Origin: Bacteroidales bacterium
GTDB taxonomy: Bacteria > Bacteroidota > Bacteroidia > Bacteroidales > UBA1715
DNA: 64,000 nt
Direction of reading: 5' to 3'
Assembly (NCBI GenBank): GCA_045600045.1
Contig: JAZRXD010000021.1
Coordinates: 9,121 to 73,120, forward strand
Within the stretch, counting starts at the first letter, position 1; each line of letters opens with the position of its first letter. Both the position numbers and the translations under genes were made by a program. Below, piece after piece: positions 56,621 to 64,000 of this stretch. Under the pieces are notes generated by a model. It was not told the origin of the DNA. It worked only from the letters and a program-made list of their open reading frames with translations, and searched no databases.

Positions 56621-57739
56621 TTATAACTCTTTAATACACTTGGTCATTCTGTTCCAAGTGTATTTTTGTTTTTCCACCACAACGTTTTCAATAAATTCGT
56701 TTTCGCGGTTGTTGTCGTAGAAGTCGCAAAGTGCGGAAACTATTGCGTTTGCGTTTGATTCCACAACGTAACCAACTTTCCCATTAGGAACAATTTCTGC
56801 CAATCCGCCTACATTGGTTACCAACATTGGCTTTTCGAAATGGTAGGCGATTTGTGTCACGCCGCTTTGTGTTGCTGATTTGTAAGGTTGCACAATAATG
56901 TCGGCTGCCGAAAAGTATGTTGCAACTTGGCTGTCGGGAATAAAATCATTTCTCCAAATAATTTTGTCGGCAATGTTGAATTTCTTTTCAAGTTCAAAAT
57001 ATTTGTCGGCGTTGTTGTAAAATTCTCCTGCAACAATCAACTTCAAATTTTTGTCTTTCAGTTTTTTGTTTGCCATTGCTTCAAGTAAAAGATCAAGTCC
57101 TTTGTAGTCGCGTATAAATCCAAAAAATAAAATATATTGTGTTTTTTCGTCTAATTGCAGATTTCTTATAGCATCGCTTTTAGCAAGTTTTTCCCCGAAA
57201 TTGTCGTACAACGGGTGTGGACAAAAACAACGTGGTTTTTGTTTGTCGAATAAGTTAAGATCCGACAAAACTGATTTTGACATTGCAATAAAACCATCAA
57301 CTGCTCCTACAAAATAATTCGATAACAGCTTGTCGGCCAATCGTTTTTCGTGAGGAATGATGTTGTCGAGAATTGAAATTACTTTGGTTTTTCCGTTTTT
57401 ACGAACTTTTCGTGCTATTGTTCCAAAGCAGGGAGCCATGAAAGGAAGCCAAAATTTTATAATAAGAATGTCAGGTGCATCTTTTGCTATTTTGCGTCCA
57501 ACCGAAAGCCAGTTAAAGGGATTTACGGAACTTACGGAACGTTGGATTTGTATGTTTTCCGGCGCTGGTTCCGAAGAATATTGTGTTTTCCCAGGAAACA
57601 AAAAGTTTGGATATTGTAATGTGAATGTTTCAATTGTTACGTTGTCGCTTTCTTTCACAAATTCTTGCGCCAATCTTTCATTGAAAGCGGCCAAGCCGCC
57701 TCTGTATGGATATGCGGTTCCTAAAATTGTGATTTTCAT
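56621..57739 (-). CDS. glycosyltransferase family 4 (GT-B)
   Basis: ILFFGFIRDYKGLDLLLEAM...VAGE...PYKSATQSGV, a typical GT4 C-terminal domain. Confidence 0.8.
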   Translation of the reverse strand: MKITILGTAYPYRGGLAAFNERLAQEFVKESDNVTIETFTLQYPNFLFPGKTQYSSEPAPENIQIQRSVSSVNPFNWLSVGRKIAKDAPDILIIKFWLPFMAPCFGTIARKVRKNGKTKVISILDNIIPHEKRLADKLLSNYFVGAVDGFIAMSKSVLSDLNLFDKQKPRCFCPHPLYDNFGEKLAKSDAIRNLQLDEKTQYILFFGFIRDYKGLDLLLEAMANKKLKDKNLKLIVAGEFYNNADKYFELEKKFNIADKIIWRNDFIPDSQVATYFSAADIIVQPYKSATQSGVTQIAYHFEKPMLVTNVGGLAEIVPNGKVGYVVESNANAIVSALCDFYDNNRENEFIENVVVEKQKYTWNRMTKCIKEL

Positions 57740-57740
57740 G

Positions 57741-58460
57741 TTACTTGTTTTTAATGACTGACATCATCTCCGAAAGAAGATTTGGCTGTTTTTCTATAAT
57801 AGTTCCAATTACGGCAATGTCGGCGCCACAATCAAAAATTTGATTCAAAACTTCGGGTGTGCGTATGCCGCCGCCAACGATTATAGGAATGGAACAAGCT
57901 TTTTTTACGCGCGAAATAATATCGGGATTTACGAATGTGTTTGCTCCGCTTCCGCCTTCCAAATACAAAGCTTTTAATCCGAGCATTTCGCCAGCAAGGG
58001 CTGTTGCTACGGCGATGTCGGGTTTGTTGTATGGAATAGGGCGGGTGTTGCTCATATATTCCACCGAAGTCGCTCCACCGCAGTCAATCAAAAGATAGCC
58101 GGTAGGAATAGCTTCGAGATTTGCGTTTTTGATTACAGGTGCCGAAAGTACGTGGTTGCCGATAAGAAATTCGGCATTTCTTCCCGAAATCAACGATAAA
58201 AACAAAATTGCGTCGGCATTTGCACTGACTTGACTTGCATTTCCAGGAAATAAAATAACAGGACCTTTGTACGATTCTTTTATAATGCTGATTGCGTGCG
58301 AAGTGCTTGATGTTACCAAACTTCCGCCAACAAAAATGAAATGAACTCCTTCTTTTTGCGCTGTTGTTGAAATTGTCCGCAACGAATCATCGGATTGTTT
58401 GTCGGGATCGATGAGTAACGCAAGTTGTTTGTTCTTTTTCAAAAATGAATCGTAAATCAT
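57741..58460 (-). CDS. geranylgeranylglyceryl/heptaprenylglyceryl phosphate synthase family protein (PcrB/GGGPS)
   Basis: LLIDPDK...FIFVGGS...YLEGGSGA...IIVGGGIR TIM-barrel motifs. Confidence 0.8.
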   Translation of the reverse strand: MIYDSFLKKNKQLALLIDPDKQSDDSLRTISTTAQKEGVHFIFVGGSLVTSSTSHAISIIKESYKGPVILFPGNASQVSANADAILFLSLISGRNAEFLIGNHVLSAPVIKNANLEAIPTGYLLIDCGGATSVEYMSNTRPIPYNKPDIAVATALAGEMLGLKALYLEGGSGANTFVNPDIISRVKKACSIPIIVGGGIRTPEVLNQIFDCGADIAVIGTIIEKQPNLLSEMMSVIKNK

Positions 58461-58465
58461 GGTTC

Positions 58466-60046
58466 CTAAAGATTTGATAAAACTTCCAACGCTTTCTGTA
58501 TTGTTTTGTCGTCGGTGTTGTATAGTTCGTAAAATGGTTCTTCTCCAAATATGTCGCGAATGACGTAGCAGCGGGCAAGTTTTTCTAAGAATTCAATTTC
58601 GCTTTCGCTTGTGATGTGGTATTTCGCTTGTTTTTTGTTTTCGATAAATCGTTCTATCGTTGCGATTGAAATTTTGCCCGTAAGATATTCATTCGCTTGT
58701 TTGTAGTTCTTTGAAGCGAAAGCTTGTCTGTTTTTATCGGCAAAATCAAAAGCAAAATCGTACACAAATCCGCGATTTGTAATTTGGTGAAACGCATCGG
58801 AGTATTTGATTGAATCGATAGGAACGAAAATGTCAGGCATAATGCCACCGCCACCATACACGATTTTACCAGTTCTCGTCACATATTTCAACGAATCTGG
58901 GAAATTCACACTGTCAGCAGAACTTAATTCTCCGTGTGAAAATCTATCGCTTAATTCTTTGTCGTAGTCTTTCAAACTGCCATTGTAAGGTTTTTGAATA
59001 CAACGTCCGCTTGGCGTGTAGAATTTTTTTGTGGAAAGACGAACAACAGAACTGTCGCGAAGTGTAAAATCTTCGTTCACAACGCCTTTGCCGAACGAAC
59101 GGCGTCCTATAACAAGTCCACGGCCGTTGTCTTGCATTGCGCCAGCAAAAATTTCGCTTGCCGAAGCCGAATATTCGTTGATTAATACGCAGATTTTCAG
59201 ATTTTTAAATGTCCCGTTCCCTTCGGCATTGAAATATTCCGTGTTGCCGAATTTGTCTTTTGTGAACACAATTGTGTCGCCGTTCTGTAGAAATTCGTTA
59301 GCTAAATCGATTGCGGTGAATAACAATCCGCCACCATTTTCGCGAAGATCAATGATAAGATTTTTGGCACCTTGCGACATGAATCTTTTTGTTGCCGAAA
59401 CAAATTCATCGTATGTTGTTTGCGAGAAACAATCAAAAGCGATGTAGCCTGTTTTTTCATCAATCATATATGCGGCGGTAACGCTTTCTATAGGAATTGC
59501 GTCGCGGGTGATTTTAAACGGTAGAATTTCGTTGATTCCGCTTCGTTTTATGCCCACATTGACTTTTGTTCCTTTTGGCCCTTTTAATAATTTAATAACT
59601 TTTTCGTTTGTCATACCAACTCCTGCAACGGTTGAGTCGTTTACGGAAACGATTCTGTCGCCCGCCAAAATGTTCAATTTTTCCGATGGCCCGCCGTGAA
59701 TAACCTGAATGATTACGATTGTATCGTTTTGAATGTTGAATTGCACGCCAATTCCTTCGAACGAACCACGGATTGGGTCAGTCAAGTCACGATATTCATC
59801 GTTTGAAATATATACAGAATGCGGATCGAGTTTTTCCAAAATCATTGGCAGAATGTCGTCGCTTAAACTGTCGATGTTTACATCGTCAACGTAAACTTTG
59901 GAAATTAGATTGAGAACTTCCGAAACTTTTGACTGCTCGTTTTGTTTGATGATTTGTTTTGGAGAAAGTACTTTCTCAACAAACATTCCGCACGCAAAGA
60001 TCAATGCGAAAATCAAGGGCAGGGCTGTCGAAAGTTTGTTATTCAT
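58466..60046 (-). CDS. S41-family C-terminal processing peptidase (PDZ domain)
   Basis: PDZ segment (GGPSEKLNILAGDRIVSVND) and the catalytic region LINEYSASASEIFAGA...GKG. Confidence 0.85.
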   Translation of the reverse strand: MNNKLSTALPLIFALIFACGMFVEKVLSPKQIIKQNEQSKVSEVLNLISKVYVDDVNIDSLSDDILPMILEKLDPHSVYISNDEYRDLTDPIRGSFEGIGVQFNIQNDTIVIIQVIHGGPSEKLNILAGDRIVSVNDSTVAGVGMTNEKVIKLLKGPKGTKVNVGIKRSGINEILPFKITRDAIPIESVTAAYMIDEKTGYIAFDCFSQTTYDEFVSATKRFMSQGAKNLIIDLRENGGGLLFTAIDLANEFLQNGDTIVFTKDKFGNTEYFNAEGNGTFKNLKICVLINEYSASASEIFAGAMQDNGRGLVIGRRSFGKGVVNEDFTLRDSSVVRLSTKKFYTPSGRCIQKPYNGSLKDYDKELSDRFSHGELSSADSVNFPDSLKYVTRTGKIVYGGGGIMPDIFVPIDSIKYSDAFHQITNRGFVYDFAFDFADKNRQAFASKNYKQANEYLTGKISIATIERFIENKKQAKYHITSESEIEFLEKLARCYVIRDIFGEEPFYELYNTDDKTIQKALEVLSNL

Positions 60047-60485
60047 TAATGTCTATTTGTAAAACCTCAATGTTTGCACGTTTCAAAAGTTGAATTCCAT
60101 CATCAATGCGGTATGGCTCGCAGAACACAACTTTTTTGATTCCCGATTGAATAATCAATTTCGCACATTCAATGCAAGGCGAAGTTGTGACGTACAAAGT
60201 TGCTCCGTCACTGTTGTTTGCCGATTTCGCAACTTTTGTTATTGCGTTTGCTTCGGCGTGGAGTACATATGGTTTTGTTTTGCCTTCCTCGTCTTCGCAA
60301 ATGTTTTCGAAACCCGATGGCGTTCCATTGAAACCATCGGAAATGATCATTTTGTCTTTGACCAACAAAGCTCCAACTTGACGGCGTTGGCAATAGGAGT
60401 TTTCCGCCCAAATTTTTGCCATACGCAAATATCGTTTGTCAAGGTTGATTTGCTTATCTTTCAATACGTTATAATCACAAGCCAT
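60039..60485 (-). CDS. dCMP deaminase
   Basis: HAEANAI and PCIECAKLI zinc-binding motifs. Confidence 0.88.
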   Translation of the reverse strand: MACDYNVLKDKQINLDKRYLRMAKIWAENSYCQRRQVGALLVKDKMIISDGFNGTPSGFENICEDEEGKTKPYVLHAEANAITKVAKSANNSDGATLYVTTSPCIECAKLIIQSGIKKVVFCEPYRIDDGIQLLKRANIEVLQIDINE

Positions 60486-60575
60486 TTGATGTATTTTAAT
60501 GTGGCGAAAGGTAAGAATTAATTGAGAATTGACAATCTATAATTAAGATTTGCTTTGCAACCAACTGACATTTAT

Positions 60576-60583
60576 TACATTTG
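60576..60583 (+). promoter_or_regulatory. -7 promoter box (TACATTTG)
   Basis: Exact match 5 nt before the ATG at 60588, implying a leaderless transcript. Confidence 0.3.
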
Positions 60584-60587
60584 CGGT

Positions 60588-61304
60588 ATGAAAAAAGTTT
60601 TTTTTGTTTTTCTATTGTGTTGTGTTTTTTGTTCGTATGGACAAATTTCGTCGATTGATTGCCGGTTGACAGAGTCGTTCATCAATCAGAATATGAAGGA
60701 ATGGAACAAATATGTTGACGAACTTTCAATGGAAATAGGAAAAACTCATTCCCAAGACTTGCAATTTAAAAGAATGGTAGTCAGACATTTGTATTTGGCT
60801 TATTTGCTATTCAACACGCCTGATTCTAAGCAGGTTGATGTTCAGCTTGAAGGTTTGGAAAAAGATATTGAAGAACTGAAGCACACAAAAAAATACGAAA
60901 AATTGGCGTTGGCGTTTGAATCGCCGTATTATGCGTATGCCGCGTTAAATAATCCTGTAACGGCAGTGTATCGTTTGCCAAAAAGTTTTTCCGTGGCAAA
61001 ATCGGCAATTTCCGAAGCTCCTGAGTCGCCTTACGCATGGTCGGAATATGGCAATCTGCAATATTGCTACGCACTTTTTATTGGTGGCAGTTTTGACGAT
61101 GCGGTTTCTTCGTTTCAAAAAGCTATTTTGTTGATTGAAAAAAATGGTGGCAACAGTAATTGCAATTGGTATTATTTGAACACGTTGTTGTTTTTGGCCA
61201 AAAGCTACGAGGACGGAAAACAATTTGATAAAGCCAACGAAGTTTACGATAAAATCTTACGTATCCGTCCCGATTACGAAGCTATTCATCGGTGGAAACA
61301 TTAA
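60588..61304 (+). CDS. hypothetical secreted helical-repeat (TPR-like) protein
   Basis: Signal peptide MKKVFFVFLLCCVFCSYGQ from the ATG at 60588. Confidence 0.6.
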   Translation: MKKVFFVFLLCCVFCSYGQISSIDCRLTESFINQNMKEWNKYVDELSMEIGKTHSQDLQFKRMVVRHLYLAYLLFNTPDSKQVDVQLEGLEKDIEELKHTKKYEKLALAFESPYYAYAALNNPVTAVYRLPKSFSVAKSAISEAPESPYAWSEYGNLQYCYALFIGGSFDDAVSSFQKAILLIEKNGGNSNCNWYYLNTLLFLAKSYEDGKQFDKANEVYDKILRIRPDYEAIHRWKH

Positions 61305-61309
61305 GCTGT

Positions 61310-62212
61310 TCACTTAAACGTAAATTGCAGATTACAAATTACAGTCACGGGGTCTCCGAGTTTTTCCCCTGGTTCGAATTTCATTTTCTTCAGTTGCATC
61401 AACGCAATTCTATCAGCTTCGGGAGATAGGGATTCTTCAATGAAGGGATTTCGAATATTTCCCTCTCTGTCAATAATAAAAAACACATCAACGATTCCTT
61501 TTTTGCCTGTTGTGTTTACGGGTGTCAAAAGTTGGTCCAATGTGCTTTGTTCGCCTTTGTACTGTGGCTTGACTTCAACTTGAAAATCCTGATAAACATT
61601 GGTGATTTCTGGTAATTTCTCGGAAATTTTTTCTATCGGTTCATTGGTAAGATAGTTCAATTCATTTAAAAGCCAATTTTCCCTAAAATTATTTGCTAAT
61701 CCGAAATTCCATGTTATATGACATTTGCATACACCTTTATTGTTCGCAACAATAGAAACGGCGTAACTCATTCCCCCGCCTCGATGAAACACTTCTGATG
61801 CGTCCATAATCAAGACATCTTCCGTTTTGTTATCTAAAGAATGAATTTTTCCTAAATAATAAATGCTTCCATAATCATTTATCATAAAATGGCGGGCTAC
61901 CGAATCAATAAATTCTTGGGAAGACAAAAATCTATTTGTGTTGAAATATCTTACTTCCAATATATCATAGACGTTGCAACAATTACAGCAATAGAAAAAT
62001 TCGTTCCATTCAGCCCTGTTTTTCAATGTCAATTCGCCATCGAAAACACTTTCTCCTCTTTCATCCAAATTCTTACCTTCTCCTTTGGCTTCTAATCTTC
62101 TATCTAAAACACTGTATTTGTCAAGCAATGAGTCTATTGTTTTTTCGAACTCCTGTCCAAAAGAATTTAGCGAGCAAAACAGTATGGCGGAACAGAAAAT
62201 AAATTTCTTCAT
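61310..62212 (-). CDS. hypothetical secreted protein with a TonB-C-terminal-like domain
   Basis: Signal peptide MKKFIFCSAILFCSLNSFGQ (ATG at 62212) and a CCNCCN cluster. The C-terminal ~90 aa (KPQYKGEQSTLDQLL...GIVDVFFIIDREGNI...EADRIALMQLKKMKFEPGEKLGDPV) resemble TonB_C. Confidence 0.6.
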   Translation of the reverse strand: MKKFIFCSAILFCSLNSFGQEFEKTIDSLLDKYSVLDRRLEAKGEGKNLDERGESVFDGELTLKNRAEWNEFFYCCNCCNVYDILEVRYFNTNRFLSSQEFIDSVARHFMINDYGSIYYLGKIHSLDNKTEDVLIMDASEVFHRGGGMSYAVSIVANNKGVCKCHITWNFGLANNFRENWLLNELNYLTNEPIEKISEKLPEITNVYQDFQVEVKPQYKGEQSTLDQLLTPVNTTGKKGIVDVFFIIDREGNIRNPFIEESLSPEADRIALMQLKKMKFEPGEKLGDPVTVICNLQFTFK

Positions 62213-62247
62213 AAAAATGTTTTGCTGTAAAAATAGTGATTTTTTAA

Positions 62248-63255
62248 TTACAACGAATTTCGTCTTCCTTTGTAAATCACCAAGATAACGATTGGCGCGC
62301 CGAAAATTGCAGTTACTGTGTTTATTGGCAACATTGACTGCATTCCAGGTAATTGCGAAATTAAATCGCATAAAAGCATTAGATTAACTCCTATAAGTAA
62401 TGAGTTGATAATGAGTTTTTTATGCGAACTTGTCTTGAATGCAAATCGTGCGATATGTGGAACCGTCATTCCTACGAAACCGATTGGACCGGCAAATGCT
62501 GTAACAATACTCGCCAAAATTGCCGAAATAATAATAACTATTATTCGTAGTCGTGCCGTTTGTACGCCCAATCCGTGAGCATAATTATCTCCTAAAAGTA
62601 TTGCGTCTAATGGTTTGTGAATCAATATGGTAGCAATCGTTGCGGGAACAATACAACTTGCCATAAGAATTAGTTCGGTGCTGTCAATGTTTGCAAAACT
62701 TCCCATTGTCCACAAAATGAAATCGTGTACTTCGTTTGGATTCGAAAAATATTGCAGCACATTCACAATCGCGGCGGTAATGCTTCCAAACATGATTCCA
62801 ATGATAAGTAACGAAGCTGTGTCCTTAACTTTCGGTGCAATTGCTAAAATCAACAAAATAACAATCGTAGAACCAATTAAGGCGAAAATTGCTGTCCCGA
62901 CAGTTCCGTTACATGCCGACAAAAGACCTACGGTCGTTCCTCCAGCAAGCGTAAACAACGCAACTCCTAAGCTCGCTCCGGTGCTTACACCAAGCACGTA
63001 CGGATCGGCAAGCGGATTTCGGAATAATGTCTGCATCAACAAACCAGAAATCGGCAAAGCCATTCCTACCAATAAGGCTGTACAGGCGCGTGGCAGACGG
63101 AGATTTACGATAATGTTGTACCATAATGAATCGTCATTTCCTTTCAATACATCGCAAAAACCATCAAATGGGATATTCACACTGCCAAACAAAATATCAG
63201 CTACGAAACAAATTGGAATGAAAATGAGCAATATGAAAGAGAAGAGTTTACTCAC
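62248..63255 (-). CDS. FecCD/BtuC-family ABC transporter permease (iron-siderophore/cobalamin type)
   Basis: Polytopic protein with LRLPRACTALLVGMALPISGLLMQ...NPLADPYVLGVS motifs. Confidence 0.88.
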   Translation of the reverse strand: MSKLFSFILLIFIPICFVADILFGSVNIPFDGFCDVLKGNDDSLWYNIIVNLRLPRACTALLVGMALPISGLLMQTLFRNPLADPYVLGVSTGASLGVALFTLAGGTTVGLLSACNGTVGTAIFALIGSTIVILLILAIAPKVKDTASLLIIGIMFGSITAAIVNVLQYFSNPNEVHDFILWTMGSFANIDSTELILMASCIVPATIATILIHKPLDAILLGDNYAHGLGVQTARLRIIVIIISAILASIVTAFAGPIGFVGMTVPHIARFAFKTSSHKKLIINSLLIGVNLMLLCDLISQLPGMQSMLPINTVTAIFGAPIVILVIYKGRRNSL

Positions 63256-64000
63256 GCACTTTTTCTAAAAAAACAGTTTCGTAATTGGGTAGCAATTCAG
63301 GATGTACGACCTTCATATAGTCGGAAAGAACAATGTCGGGACGGACATAGCCATATTCCCAATAATCGTTTCCTCCATTTGCATTGAGCTGTTTGGAACG
63401 GTGGTAAATTTCTCCTTTTTTGAACACGTTAAGTAAAGTGTAATTCTTATTTGTCGCATATAAATCCGACAATGTTTTTTCGTCGCACCCAATCCATAAA
63501 TCGGCTTTTTGCGATGCTTGCAGAACTTGCTCAAAATTGACGACAACACTTCCTGTATTTTGGTCGTCTTTCCAAATATAGTTGCCACCAGCGTCGGCAA
63601 TGAATTGTGCCACATAACTTTTCCCACCGGGCATATACCAAATGTCGTTGCTTGCCGCTCCTGCTAAAACAAGAGGTTTGTGTTCAACGCTGTCGGCTAA
63701 ATTCTTAATGTTGGAATAGTTTTGCTCAATAGCAGAAAAAATACTGTCGGCTTTGGGGAGATTGTGTGTCAGCAACCCATATAATTTAATCCATTCACAT
63801 CGTGCGAATGGCGTGTTTTCTTGCCAACTCATAGTGAAAATGACAGGAATATCTCCTAGTTTTTCTTTTAATTTTTCGAAATTCTGAATGTCTTTCTGAC
63901 TATATGCCGAAGTGATGATGAGATCGGGATTAAGTGCAGCCAATGCTTCCGCATTGATTTCCATACTTGTCCCCACATTTTTTATTTTTCCTTTTGCAAT
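63248..64000 (-). CDS. BtuF/FecB-type periplasmic substrate-binding protein (5' end beyond the window)
   Basis: The frame stays open to the window edge (...IAKGKIKNVGTSMEINAEALAALNPDLIITS...). Overlaps the permease start by 8 nt. Confidence 0.8.
   Translation of the reverse strand: MAKGKIKNVGTSMEINAEALAALNPDLIITSAYSQKDIQNFEKLKEKLGDIPVIFTMSWQENTPFARCEWIKLYGLLTHNLPKADSIFSAIEQNYSNIKNLADSVEHKPLVLAGAASNDIWYMPGGKSYVAQFIADAGGNYIWKDDQNTGSVVVNFEQVLQASQKADLWIGCDEKTLSDLYATNKNYTLLNVFKKGEIYHRSKQLNANGGNDYWEYGYVRPDIVLSDYMKVVHPELLPNYETVFLEKVRE

Noticed and set aside
62627-63268. 213-aa ORF antisense to the FecCD permease
   Set aside because: It is the mirror frame of a hydrophobic membrane protein gene, and the permease frame carries the family motifs.

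Overview
All calls rest on reading the sequence and the supplied ORF track; no database search or computation was run. The window looks like chromosomal DNA from an anaerobic, T9SS-bearing Bacteroidota (Bacteroidales-like). Support: TAnnTTTG -7 promoter boxes, a porQ-cmk-ispH operon, nrdDG, a succinate/acetate CoA-transferase, and roughly 35-40% GC. Content: (1) a partial aspS. (2) One uninterrupted 17.7-kb ORF (823-18525) for a ~5,900-aa signal-peptide/T9SS-CTD repeat adhesin, followed by an OmpA-family protein with a 30/33-bp repeat coiled coil. (3) Housekeeping genes: CoA-transferase, porQ-cmk-ispH, tRNA-Phe, NUDIX, azlCD, pyrE, ABC ATPase, LysM transglycosylase, asnB, glnS. (4) A ~7-kb AT-rich accessory island (34.4-41.3 kb). 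(5) More core genes: POT permease, queH, sugar kinase/nucleotidyltransferase pair, nrdDG behind a cobalamin riboswitch missed by the ORF track, ROK kinase, thiL, DUF2723, asnS, a GGGPS-GT4-S41-dCMP deaminase operon, and a btuF/btuC-like pair. No rRNA, CRISPR, integrase or transposase was seen. Two things deserve most attention. First, the giant adhesin is a compositional mosaic: a block at about 13.19-14.7 kb reaches ~60% GC against ~34% next to it, and it encodes the same module types with different codons. Second, the island is organised around a small XRE regulator whose GTAACA-N4-TGTTAC operator occurs four times on both sides of the gene. This links a lipoprotein plus membrane-tethered agmatine-deiminase/PAD-fold enzyme on one arm to a DUF4236 / multi-TM / UDG-like-motif triad on the other. 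That is a candidate uncharacterised system, with hicAB next to it.
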